From: Candidatus Moraniibacteriota bacterium
Lineage (GTDB): Bacteria; Patescibacteriota; Minisyncoccia; Moranbacterales; UBA1568
Direction: 5' to 3'
DNA length: 64,000 nt
NCBI GenBank assembly: GCA_028688415.1
Contig: JAQTYF010000001.1
Span: 780,020 to 844,019 of the forward strand
Numbering within the stretch: the stretch's first letter is position 1; every line of letters starts with the position of its first letter. Positions 38,075-47,344 of the stretch are shown here, piece after piece. The notes under the pieces are model-generated. The model ran no database searches. It was not told the origin of the DNA and was given only the letters and a program-made list of their open reading frames with translations. Both the position numbers and the translations under genes were made by a program.

Positions 38075-38346
38075 TCGCTTAATAAAAAAATATTGTATTT
38101 CTCGGTTCAAGAAGTTCCGTGCTTTGTACGTGACATTTTGATCGGGACTGTTTCATCTGTAGACAATTGGGGATTACTATCTTTTGTCCTCAATCGCGGA
38201 ACTGTTTGTCCAGATTTGGGTAGGGTGGTCTCGGCTGCGCTATACCTCGACACTTTTCTTTTCCTCAGGCTCCTATGCCAGAGGTTTGTCTACAGTTTAA
38301 ACAGGTTTTATGAAGCGAACGAAAAAAGAGACTCCAGCGAAAGAGT
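38075..38346 (+). ncRNA. candidate structured small RNA (unclassified)
   Basis: Promoter at 38040 and a bidirectional terminator at 38313-38346. No convincing ORF or RBS. Long-range complementarity: agttccg (38111) with cggaact (38206), and ctgtagaca (38150) with tgtctacag (38287). Confidence 0.3.
38313..38346. terminator. bidirectional hairpin terminator
   Basis: agagactc-cagcgaa-gagtctct with flanking A and T runs. Confidence 0.6.
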
Positions 38347-38368
38347 CTCTTTTTTATTGCCAAAAATA

Positions 38369-41300
38369 TTAGATATCGGTGACACGTTGTACTTCTTCGA
38401 GAGTCGTTTTGCCTTCAAGAACAGAGAGAATACCATCTTGAGCAAGAGTGATCATGCCGAGACTGATCGCTTTTTCTTCTATCTCACTTGTGAGAGCTCC
38501 TCTCGCAATGAGTTCAGAAATTTCTTTTTCAATGAAGAGTGTCTCTGCAATCACTATTTGTCCTAAGAAACCGGTGCCACCACAAGATTCACATCCTTTT
38601 GTTTTAGGAAGAACAGTGTTTTTTAGAAGAGTTTCTTTTTCTTCAGATGCAGGGAGAGATGCGAGAGTTTCTCTTATAATACGTTGTTCTTCTTCTGTGC
38701 CAACCGAAGATTCTTTGCATTTTTGACAAATTCTTCGTACGAGACGTTGTGCTATAAAGAGATTGCCCGTATTGGCAATATCATCATTACTGACACCCAT
38801 CGCTGACAATCGTGATACAGCGCCTGATGCTGAATTGGCATGGAGCGTAGAGAGGACGAGATGACCAGTACTCGCTGCCTGGACTGCTATCTGAGCAGTC
38901 TCATCATCACGGATTTCTCCTACCATCAAAATATTTGGGTTTTGACGCATCAGCGAACGAAGGGCTGTCGCAAAGGTATACCCCTCGCTTTCCTTGGTTT
39001 GAGTTTGGAGGATACCAGGCATCTGATATTCGATAGGGTCTTCGACGGTAATAATCTTCACTTCTGGTGTATTGAGTTTTGCGAGGATGCTGTAGAGAGT
39101 AGTTGTTTTTCCAGAGCCCGTTGGTCCTGTGCTCAAAATAACGCCATGTGATTTATTCATCGCCTTGTGGATGGTGTCGAGGTTTTGCTTTCGGATATGA
39201 AGTGTATCGAGATCGAGTTTTACCATAGACTGGTTGAGTATACGCATCACAATGGTTTCGCCGAAACCTCCGAGAATGATAGACAAACGAATGTCAATTG
39301 TTTCTTTCTTCCCACCTTCTTTCTCCAGAGTGAGCGAGAAACGACCATCGACGGTTCCTGATCGTTCTCCTGATTTGAGTCCTGCCGCGAGTTTGATTTC
39401 TGCGACGAACGTCGGATATTCACTGAGAGGGATGCGGGCTGCTGTCTGGAGAATTCCGTCGATACGAAAACGAATATCAACAAATTCACCCACAGGTTCG
39501 ATATGGATATCTCCAGCGTGGAAGAAGAGTGCTCCAGCAAAAAGAGAAGGAAAAAAGAGTCGTGAATCGAGCGTAGAGAGATAGCGTGAAAAATTTTCGA
39601 GCGAAGAAATATATTGTTTTGTCTCAACAAAAATTTGTTCTGAAATATGAGTAGAACGAGAAAGTTCGCTTGGCATTAATTCTGTATAGATAGCACGAAG
39701 CGATTCTGTTTGATCAGCGACACGCCATACTTCATCGAGTGTCGTGATGCCATCGAGTGCCTTGAGTATACCGTCTTGTGTCATGGTAATCATACCATTC
39801 TCGAGAGCGACACGGAGGATTTCTTGTTCTGTTCCCATATCATTGACTGCTTGGATAATCTCCTGTGTCATCGTCAATACTTCAAAAATACCGACACGCC
39901 CATGGTATCCGGTAAGATGACATTTGGCACAACCGACTGATTTGTAGAGAGTTTTGACTTCTTTGGGGAGCGAGAGCTTTGCTTTTGGTGAAATGATGGT
40001 GATAAGTTTGAGAATAGAATCAATTGTTTCTTGGGCTGGTACATAAGCTTCTTTACAGTGCTCACAAAGCACCCTCACGAGACGTTGAGCGATAATAGCA
40101 TTGACAGCGGAAGCGAGGAGAGAAGGTTTTACTCCGAGTTCCATAAAACGAGGAATAGACGCTGCTGCGCTGTTGGAATGAAGGGTGGAAAATACAAGAT
40201 GTCCAGTGAGTGCCGCATTGATCGTGATATCAGCGGTCTCATCATCACGGATTTCCCCAACGAGAATAATATCAGGATCCTGACGGACAATCGCTCTGAG
40301 CGCAGTCGCAAAGGTGTATTCTTTATTTTTGGACACTTCGGTCTGTACAACACCAGGAAGAGTATATTCGATCGGATCTTCGATAGTGATTACTTTGGTA
40401 TCTGGCTGGTTGATGTGGTTTAAGAGTGTGTAGAGCGTTGTTGTTTTTCCAGAACCCGTTGGTCCAGTGTTCAAAATGAGTCCGTTTGGTTTCGTGATTT
40501 GTTTCGTGATTTCCTCGTAAGCTAACCCGCGAAACCCAAGCAACGTAACATCGACAACAACATCCTCTCCAGAGAGAAGACGCATATTGATATTCTCACC
40601 GTATTTTCCTGGGATACTGTTGACACGAACGTCAATGCGTTTTTCTTCGAGTGTGATGAAAAAATGACCATCTTGAGCCTCTTTTCTGACATTGAGACGC
40701 ATCTTTCCGAGCATTTTGATACGAGAGAGTATGAGATGGTATCGTTCAGACGGGATATTACCTATTTCTTGTAAAACACCATCGATACGATATCGAAGTC
40801 GGACAGCATCTTCTGCGGGTTCGAGATGGATATCGCTTGCGCCGAGTTTACGAGCACCTGCCAGAATGATTTCCATCGATCGAGAAGTATTCGCTGTCAC
40901 ATTTTCTTTGAGAGAAATAAGGTCTCCGAAATCTTTTTCAAATTTCTCGAGGTCCGCATCATCGAGAGAAACTCGGACAAGATTGAACGTATCGATGAAT
41001 GTGCGTTTAGTATAACTGTTCCAAGCACGGTCGAGTGATGGTTGTGAAGCGATGAAAACCTGACCTTTCCATCCGTGTGAAGTACAGAGATCTTTGATGT
41101 ATTGGAGTGTTTCTCTTTCATTCGGATTGAGAATAGCAAAATAAGCTTGTATATTTTTTTTATTGAAGAGTACAAAACGATATTTTTTTGCTTCTTCTTC
41201 TGGAACAAGAAGAACATCTTCGGTGCTGACAGGAAAAACATGGAGATCGATATAAGCAAGTCCGCTTTTATTCGCCAGAAGAGACGCTTGTTCTTCAATA

Positions 41301-41392
41301 GACACTTCCCGCATTTTCTGGAGTATTTTTTCAGACTGGATATCTTTTTCATCTGAGTGTGAGGATGAATTTCCTTGGATAACCGTTGTCAT
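38369..41392 (-). CDS. tandem-duplicated GspE/PilB-type secretion ATPase (two complete ATPase modules in one 1007-aa polypeptide)
   Basis: Two Walker A sites (NTGPTGSGKTTTLYTLL and STGPTGSGKTTTLYSIL). Two Asp-box and His-box regions. Two tetracysteine zinc motifs (CEHCK...CAKCHLTGYHGR and CQKCK...CESCGGTGFLGQ). Confidence 0.8.
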   Translation of the reverse strand: MTTVIQGNSSSHSDEKDIQSEKILQKMREVSIEEQASLLANKSGLAYIDLHVFPVSTEDVLLVPEEEAKKYRFVLFNKKNIQAYFAILNPNERETLQYIKDLCTSHGWKGQVFIASQPSLDRAWNSYTKRTFIDTFNLVRVSLDDADLEKFEKDFGDLISLKENVTANTSRSMEIILAGARKLGASDIHLEPAEDAVRLRYRIDGVLQEIGNIPSERYHLILSRIKMLGKMRLNVRKEAQDGHFFITLEEKRIDVRVNSIPGKYGENINMRLLSGEDVVVDVTLLGFRGLAYEEITKQITKPNGLILNTGPTGSGKTTTLYTLLNHINQPDTKVITIEDPIEYTLPGVVQTEVSKNKEYTFATALRAIVRQDPDIILVGEIRDDETADITINAALTGHLVFSTLHSNSAAASIPRFMELGVKPSLLASAVNAIIAQRLVRVLCEHCKEAYVPAQETIDSILKLITIISPKAKLSLPKEVKTLYKSVGCAKCHLTGYHGRVGIFEVLTMTQEIIQAVNDMGTEQEILRVALENGMITMTQDGILKALDGITTLDEVWRVADQTESLRAIYTELMPSELSRSTHISEQIFVETKQYISSLENFSRYLSTLDSRLFFPSLFAGALFFHAGDIHIEPVGEFVDIRFRIDGILQTAARIPLSEYPTFVAEIKLAAGLKSGERSGTVDGRFSLTLEKEGGKKETIDIRLSIILGGFGETIVMRILNQSMVKLDLDTLHIRKQNLDTIHKAMNKSHGVILSTGPTGSGKTTTLYSILAKLNTPEVKIITVEDPIEYQMPGILQTQTKESEGYTFATALRSLMRQNPNILMVGEIRDDETAQIAVQAASTGHLVLSTLHANSASGAVSRLSAMGVSNDDIANTGNLFIAQRLVRRICQKCKESSVGTEEEQRIIRETLASLPASEEKETLLKNTVLPKTKGCESCGGTGFLGQIVIAETLFIEKEISELIARGALTSEIEEKAISLGMITLAQDGILSVLEGKTTLEEVQRVTDI

Positions 41393-41499
41393 ATTTTTTT
41401 ATTTCAAAGTATTTGTTTTTCCATTATACCGCACAAAGAGCGTGAAAAGCAAAAAAAGCCCCTCTCAATAAAAGGAGCTTTTTTCTTTGCGAGAATTTT

Positions 41500-42654
41500 T
41501 TAGAAGGTTTCTTTCGCGACGGATTTTTGTTGGAGTCGACTGATTATGATTCTCTCTGCTTCGTCTACTGTGTTCGCAGGAAGCACAAAAGAAAACGTAT
41601 CACCATGAAGTTCTCCTTCTTTGAAACATTCTGCAAAAAATGAGAGTGTTTCATTGCCGTTTCCTTTGACAATGCCACGAACGAGTCCATTCGTTTCGAG
41701 AGAAAGAATCATATAGAAACGTGCCGAAGAATAATTTCCTTTGATTTTCTCCAAAACAAGAGGGAGGTCTTCGATGCGAGCTCTCGTCTGGACGAGATCT
41801 TCGATGGTGATGAATGCCCAAATAAGTTTGAGTTCTTCGTCCCATTTGGATTGTGACATGACGCGTCCCCAGAGTTTGAGAAGGTGAAGTGGTTGTGTCT
41901 TATAAAGAGCTCGGATAATTTTTTGTTGATCAGCACCTTTGTCCATGAGATGAGAAGCTATTTTGAGAGCCTTCGGAGTTGTGTTACGTTTCTGGAAACT
42001 ATCAGTTGCAGTGATGATGCCCGTGAGTAGGCTTTCACCAACAGTTTCTGTAAAGAGCAGTTTATTGTCTTCGCCAAGTGTTTCCGCGAGAATTTCCGCA
42101 TTGGAAGAAGCGGTAATATCAACGAGATTGATTTGTCCAAAAAGTTCGTTTTCTGGGTGATTATCGATGTTGATAAGAGGAATCTCATAAAAAATATCAG
42201 GATTTTCCTCGTAGATTTTCCCTAGGTGTTCTTTGTCTGGACTTCCTATGATGATAGCGAGATCGAATTTGAACTTTGCAGGAATGAAAGAGAAATCTCG
42301 TGGATCGATTGAGCCATTCTCTGGTGTAAGAAAAACACGTACCTCAGTGTCGCTTTTTTCTGTTCGCACTCCAAGTATTTTGTTTCGAGTGGTATCAAAC
42401 GTCAGAACAAAATCTCTTGCTCCTGTGATAGAAGTAATAATCGTTTCTGGCTGAACAAGGAATGATAATTCGTTTTGTTTGATATCAATATGTTCGCTTG
42501 CAATCGTCACGCTTTTCCCGCTGTTTTTAAGAAACAACGCGAGAGCAAAAGCGCTGGCTATGGCATCGCGAGTCGGGTATGCAGAAAGAAGAATGAGAGG
42601 ATCGGTGGTTTTTCTCAAAAGATCATGAAATTGTTGAGAGAGAGTGAGGGACAT
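41500..42654 (-). CDS. DHH-family phosphoesterase paralog with degenerate motifs
   Basis: NrnA-like architecture, but motif I is PTRDAIAS, motif III is IDNHPEN (DNH instead of DHH), and there is no clear GGGH. Confidence 0.55.
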   Translation of the reverse strand: MSLTLSQQFHDLLRKTTDPLILLSAYPTRDAIASAFALALFLKNSGKSVTIASEHIDIKQNELSFLVQPETIITSITGARDFVLTFDTTRNKILGVRTEKSDTEVRVFLTPENGSIDPRDFSFIPAKFKFDLAIIIGSPDKEHLGKIYEENPDIFYEIPLINIDNHPENELFGQINLVDITASSNAEILAETLGEDNKLLFTETVGESLLTGIITATDSFQKRNTTPKALKIASHLMDKGADQQKIIRALYKTQPLHLLKLWGRVMSQSKWDEELKLIWAFITIEDLVQTRARIEDLPLVLEKIKGNYSSARFYMILSLETNGLVRGIVKGNGNETLSFFAECFKEGELHGDTFSFVLPANTVDEAERIIISRLQQKSVAKETF

Positions 42655-42843
42655 ATGAACAAATATCTAATACCTAATGTAGAATGAAGAACTTTCTTAA
42701 AAGGAAAGTACATGATCAAAATTGATGAATATACAACAAAGATGATAGTCCACCGTAGCAAAGAAAAAGGGCACTGTCAAACCAGGCTCTGGAAAGAGTG
42801 GTTATTCGTCAAACTCTCATTTTTACGCTAAAATAAAGAATAT

Positions 42844-43284
42844 ATGGAACAACACATCATCACTCATTCTGCTCTCGAAACAAGCGCTTTCGGACAGAAA
42901 TTTTCAGAGGAAATAGCCGGAGGGACACTTATTTGTCTCCGGGGTGATTTGGGCGCGGGCAAGACGACGTTCACACAGGGCTTGCTTTTGGGACTCGGAG
43001 CAGAGCGACCATTCGTGAGCCCGACGTTTGTCATTATGAAGCAGTACAATCTCTCGAGGCCTGTAAACGGTATCGAGCGCGTGTATCATGTCGATGCCTA
43101 TCGTGTGAAAAGCCAGGACTTCACAACTATTGGTTTCGAAGAATGGCTCGAAGATACGAAAGGCATCGTCATTCTCGAATGGCCCGAGCGTGTCGAGACG
43201 CTTCTTCCGTCCAAGAGAATAGAAATACATTTCAAAAGTATCAGTGAAAACGAACGGGAAATAAGCATTGTTTTGCTCGCATAA
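42844..43284 (+). CDS. tsaE: tRNA threonylcarbamoyladenosine biosynthesis protein TsaE
   Basis: GDLGAGKTTFTQG P-loop; 146 aa. Confidence 0.8.
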   Translation: MEQHIITHSALETSAFGQKFSEEIAGGTLICLRGDLGAGKTTFTQGLLLGLGAERPFVSPTFVIMKQYNLSRPVNGIERVYHVDAYRVKSQDFTTIGFEEWLEDTKGIVILEWPERVETLLPSKRIEIHFKSISENEREISIVLLA

Positions 43285-43408
43285 AAACTTCTCAAAAAGT
43301 ATCGATAAAAAAGAGAAGAGAAAATGTAAAAGGCTTTCGGTGTAAATCGAAAGCCTTTGTTGGTAGGAGTCTTTGCTCCTTATGTCTGCCCCCTACACTC
43401 TTTCGTGT

Positions 43409-43513
43409 TCATAGAGGCATGAGCGTTAATACGATCTGAAAGACAATGATCACTATGAATGCGACTATGACTCCTGTAGCCGCTTTTTTGAAAGTTGCAG
43501 CATCTGTATACAT
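43409..43513 (-). CDS. candidate 34-aa hydrophobic small protein
   Basis: Manual translation MYTDAATFKKAATGVIVAFIVIIVFQIVLTLMPL. AGGAGA ribosome-binding site 7 nt upstream. Not in the ORF track (under 60 aa). Confidence 0.25.
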   Translation of the reverse strand: MYTDAATFKKAATGVIVAFIVIIVFQIVLTLMPL

Positions 43514-43777
43514 TTTCTTCTCTCCTTGAGAAAGTATCCGTGTATGCCTCGGATAGAAGGCGTGGGCGAACAGAATGTTTCCCTGGGAGAGTCACCGCTC
43601 CGATGCACCTACCAGGAAATCATTGAATATATATATATTATACGCCTTACTCCATCTTTTGTCAAGTGTAAAAAGAATATAAATGCTTTAATAAGGCCAT
43701 TTAATAAGTACTTTTTTCTTTCAAAAGAAGAGAAAAAACCGCTTCGAATATCAGCTTCTTTAGTGTATACTGAAACT

Positions 43778-46429
43778 ATGGACAAAAAATGCAAAACTAT
43801 TGTGCTTATCGATGGGAACGCACTCATCCATCGGGCGTATCACGCTCTCCCACCACTGACCTCCAAGTCAGGGGAACTTGTGAATGCCGTGTATGGATTT
43901 ACACTGACGCTTTTGTCGGTGCTTGAGAAATTTCACCCCGAATATATCGCGGCGTCTTTTGATCTGGCTGGGCCGACATTTCGTCACGAGAAATCCGCCG
44001 ACTACAAAGCGACACGCGTGAAAGCCCCAGACGATCTCTACGCGCAGATTCCACGTGTGAAGGAAATGACGCGAGCATTCAATATTCCGATCTATGAACT
44101 CGCAGGATTCGAAGCGGATGATTGCATCGGAACACTCGCTCGTCAGGCAGAAGCAGAAAATGTCCGAGTGATTATCGTGACAGGGGACAGTGATGAGCTC
44201 CAGCTCGTCACACCGCTTGTGAATGTATTCATGCTTCGTAAAGGGATCAAGGACATCGTGCTCTATGATGAAAAAGCAGTTATGGAAAAATATGGTTTCG
44301 GAGCAAAACAGCTTCCAGACTATAAAGGACTCGCAGGTGATTCATCAGATAATATTTCTGGAGTGGCAGGTATTGGTGCCAAGACAGCAACTGACCTCCT
44401 TCAAAAATTTGGGAGTGTAGAAAACATCTATGCACATCTCGAAGAAGTAAAAGACTCGGTACGAAAAAAATTGGAAGTCGATCGCGAGAGCGCTTTTCTT
44501 TCCAAAGAACTCGGAACAATTGACATACACGCTCCGATCACACTTGATCTGTCTGCCTGTGTGACCAAAGACTTTGATCGGAATGTTGTTTCAGAACTCT
44601 TACGAGAACTCGGATTTTTTAGTTTGATCAAGAGAATATCTGGTACAGAAGAAGTAGACGACAAAAACAACCCTTCGACTACGCTCAGGGCAGGCAAGAA
44701 AATAAAAGTTCAGAAAATATCTACGAAAGAAGAATTGGAAAAGTTTTTAGGAAAGACGAAAGAGGTTTCGGTGTACGTCAAGCAAGGAGAAGGGACACTT
44801 TTTGGTGTGGGTATCGACACGATACATATTGCTTTAGATGAGCTATCTGAAGCAGTGGTCTTTTGGAACGAAGAAACAAAAATTTTCTTGCAAACATTTC
44901 TCGAAGATGAAACGCGAAAAAAAATAGTGTACGATGGAAAACATCTCATGCATCTCCTCAAGAAAGAACACATACTTTTTCGTGGCATGACATCAGATAT
45001 TATGCTCTCGGCCTATCTCCTCCGATCTGGTGGTAATGTCGATTTGTCTCACATTGTTTTGGAAGAATTTGGCGAAGAAGAAATCCTTTTTCCAGCACAG
45101 AAAATTCTTTTGTTACAGAAAATGTTCCAGACACGCATAGATGAAGTAAGTGCGACTCAGACAGAAGGAAAAACACTACGAACCGTATTGGAACAGATTG
45201 AACTCCCTCTTATCCCGATACTGTATGCGATGGAGGCGGAAGGTATTATTCTTAACACAGAAAAGTTTCAGACGCTTTCTCTCGAACTCACCAAAGAACT
45301 CGGTGTGTTGGAGAGAGATATCTACACACTCTCTGGTCGTGAATTTAATATCAATTCTCCGAAACAGCTCTCAGTCATTCTGTTCGAAGATCTCCACATA
45401 CCAACGACCAATATCAAAAAAACAAAAACAGGGATATCAACTGCTTCCCCAGAACTGCAAAAATTGCAGGAGTACCCCATCATTCAAAAAATAGAAAATT
45501 ATCGAGAATTGTTCAAACTGAAAACCACCTATCTCGATGCACTCCCACTCCTGGTAGACAACCATTCTCGACTGCATACAACGTTCTATCAGACAGTCGC
45601 TGCGACTGGACGACTTTCTTCTGCTGATCCGAACGTGCAGAATATCCCTGCCCGCAACGCAACGCGACACGATGCAGGCGGGCCTGCCCGAAATTGGGGA
45701 ACACTCGTGCGAGGAGCTTTCGAGCCAGGGAGAGGATATGTGTTTGTGGGAGCCGACTACTCTCAAGTCGAACTCCGTGTGATGGCACATCTGAGCGGGG
45801 ACGAATCTCTCACTTCATCATTTCAAAAGAACGAAGACGTCCATACGAGGACAGCGAGCGTAGTATTCAAAGTGAAGCCGGAAGAAGTGACTCCTGATAT
45901 GCGTCGTCAGGCCAAAGTGTTCAATTTTGGAATTATGTACGGTATGGGAGCCTATGGTCTCGCTCAGTCTGCCAAGATCGATCAGAAAACAGCAGGAGAA
46001 TTTATCAAAGCATATTTTGAAAAGTTTGCTGGAGTGGCACAGTATATTGAAACAATGAAAGAAAATGCTCGAGAGCGAGGATTTGTCGAAACGGAGCTCG
46101 GGAGACGTCGCTATACACCAGAAATCACGAGTAGTAACGTGCAAGTGGCACGAGCGGCGGAACGGATGGCGATCAATATGCCAGTGCAGGGACTCGCAGC
46201 CGACATCATGAAACTCGCGATGATCGCTGTAACGCGACGTATCGAAACGGATTTCAGAAACAGCGTGAAGATAGTGCTCCAGGTACATGACGAACTTATC
46301 TGTGAAGTGAAAGAAGATCAAGCACAAGCATTTGCAGACGCTATCAAAGAAACGATGGAGCAAGCATATCCTCTCAGCGTCCCCCTTACCGTCGAAACAG
46401 CTATCGGAAAAAATTGGGGAGAGATATAA
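43778..46429 (+). CDS. polA: DNA polymerase I
   Basis: 5'-3' exonuclease N-terminus (LIDGNALIHRAYHA), Klenow-like polymerase motifs A (DYSQVELR), B (RRQAKVFNFGIMYG) and C (VHDE). Start at the internal Met; the ORF extends to 43526. Confidence 0.9.
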   Translation: MDKKCKTIVLIDGNALIHRAYHALPPLTSKSGELVNAVYGFTLTLLSVLEKFHPEYIAASFDLAGPTFRHEKSADYKATRVKAPDDLYAQIPRVKEMTRAFNIPIYELAGFEADDCIGTLARQAEAENVRVIIVTGDSDELQLVTPLVNVFMLRKGIKDIVLYDEKAVMEKYGFGAKQLPDYKGLAGDSSDNISGVAGIGAKTATDLLQKFGSVENIYAHLEEVKDSVRKKLEVDRESAFLSKELGTIDIHAPITLDLSACVTKDFDRNVVSELLRELGFFSLIKRISGTEEVDDKNNPSTTLRAGKKIKVQKISTKEELEKFLGKTKEVSVYVKQGEGTLFGVGIDTIHIALDELSEAVVFWNEETKIFLQTFLEDETRKKIVYDGKHLMHLLKKEHILFRGMTSDIMLSAYLLRSGGNVDLSHIVLEEFGEEEILFPAQKILLLQKMFQTRIDEVSATQTEGKTLRTVLEQIELPLIPILYAMEAEGIILNTEKFQTLSLELTKELGVLERDIYTLSGREFNINSPKQLSVILFEDLHIPTTNIKKTKTGISTASPELQKLQEYPIIQKIENYRELFKLKTTYLDALPLLVDNHSRLHTTFYQTVAATGRLSSADPNVQNIPARNATRHDAGGPARNWGTLVRGAFEPGRGYVFVGADYSQVELRVMAHLSGDESLTSSFQKNEDVHTRTASVVFKVKPEEVTPDMRRQAKVFNFGIMYGMGAYGLAQSAKIDQKTAGEFIKAYFEKFAGVAQYIETMKENARERGFVETELGRRRYTPEITSSNVQVARAAERMAINMPVQGLAADIMKLAMIAVTRRIETDFRNSVKIVLQVHDELICEVKEDQAQAFADAIKETMEQAYPLSVPLTVETAIGKNWGEI
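45647..45690 (+). repeat. GC-rich short repeat element, copy B, in-frame inside polA
   Basis: cctgcccg-caacgcaacgcgacacgatgcaggcggg-cctgcccg. Flanked by an 8-bp direct repeat. Encodes a roughly 12-aa insertion (NATRHDAGGPAR) relative to the E. coli Pol I [16 protein letters not shown] segment. Confidence 0.5.
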
Positions 46430-46473
46430 AAACTCTTTGTCACTATCAGAAAAATGAGAACCGAAAAAACATC

Positions 46474-47325
46474 ATGCCAGAATTACCAGAAGTGCAGACG
46501 GTTGTTTCTCAGGTAGGAGAGAAATTGACGGGAAAGAAAATAATGACCGTGTGGAGTGATTGGCAGAAACGCACCCTCCCTTCTTTTGAATTGTTTGCCA
46601 AACGAGTACAAAGAACAGTCATTCTTGGGACGCGACGTTTCGGAAAACATATCGTGATTGATCTCGACAACATGTACTCAATCGTGATTCATCTCAAAAT
46701 GACCGGACACCTCCTCATCAAGAATGATGCGAATAGAATGTCGGATGCGTTTATAAAAGACCCGATGAACGGATATATCCATCACTGTATTGGTTTTTCT
46801 GACGGCACGACACTCGAGTTTTCTGATATGCGTAAATTCGGCTGGATGAAGGTGTTGGAAACGGATGAAGTAGAGAATTTGCCAAGCATTCTCTCTCTTG
46901 GTGTCGATGCAATTTCGAAACAATTCACAACAGACTTCTTTCAGAAGCTCATCGTGAAGAGAGAGAAAAAATCTATAGGAGCACTCCTTCTTGAACAAAA
47001 CTTGATAGCAGGTATTGGTAATATTTATCGAAGCGAAGCGTTGTTTCTCGCAGGTGTCCTCCCGACACGCCTCCTTGGCACGCTCTCGATCGAAGAACAG
47101 CATCGTAGTGTTGTATCGGTAAAAAAAGTATTGAAGCAAGCGCTCCAGTTGCGAGGAATGAGTGATGGCGATTTCAGAGACACTGATGGCCTCGAGGGAC
47201 AATTTCAGAAAACGAGACATGTCTATGGACGAACTGATGAACCCTGTAAAAAATGTGGTACAATAATAGTACGAAAAAAAATTGGACAACGAAGTATTTT
47301 TTATTGTCCGAAATGTCAACGATAA
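46474..47325 (+). CDS. mutM: formamidopyrimidine-DNA glycosylase
   Basis: N-terminal MPELPEV; C-terminal zinc finger CKKCG...CPKCQ. Confidence 0.85.
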   Translation: MPELPEVQTVVSQVGEKLTGKKIMTVWSDWQKRTLPSFELFAKRVQRTVILGTRRFGKHIVIDLDNMYSIVIHLKMTGHLLIKNDANRMSDAFIKDPMNGYIHHCIGFSDGTTLEFSDMRKFGWMKVLETDEVENLPSILSLGVDAISKQFTTDFFQKLIVKREKKSIGALLLEQNLIAGIGNIYRSEALFLAGVLPTRLLGTLSIEEQHRSVVSVKKVLKQALQLRGMSDGDFRDTDGLEGQFQKTRHVYGRTDEPCKKCGTIIVRKKIGQRSIFYCPKCQR

Positions 47326-47344
47326 TTTGTTTTAAGTATTCTCT

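Noticed and set aside
38093-38566. 157-aa ORF in the ruvB-PilB intergenic region
   Set aside because: It has no ribosome-binding site, runs through a strong bidirectional terminator and continues antisense into the ATPase gene. The region is better explained as a non-coding transcript.
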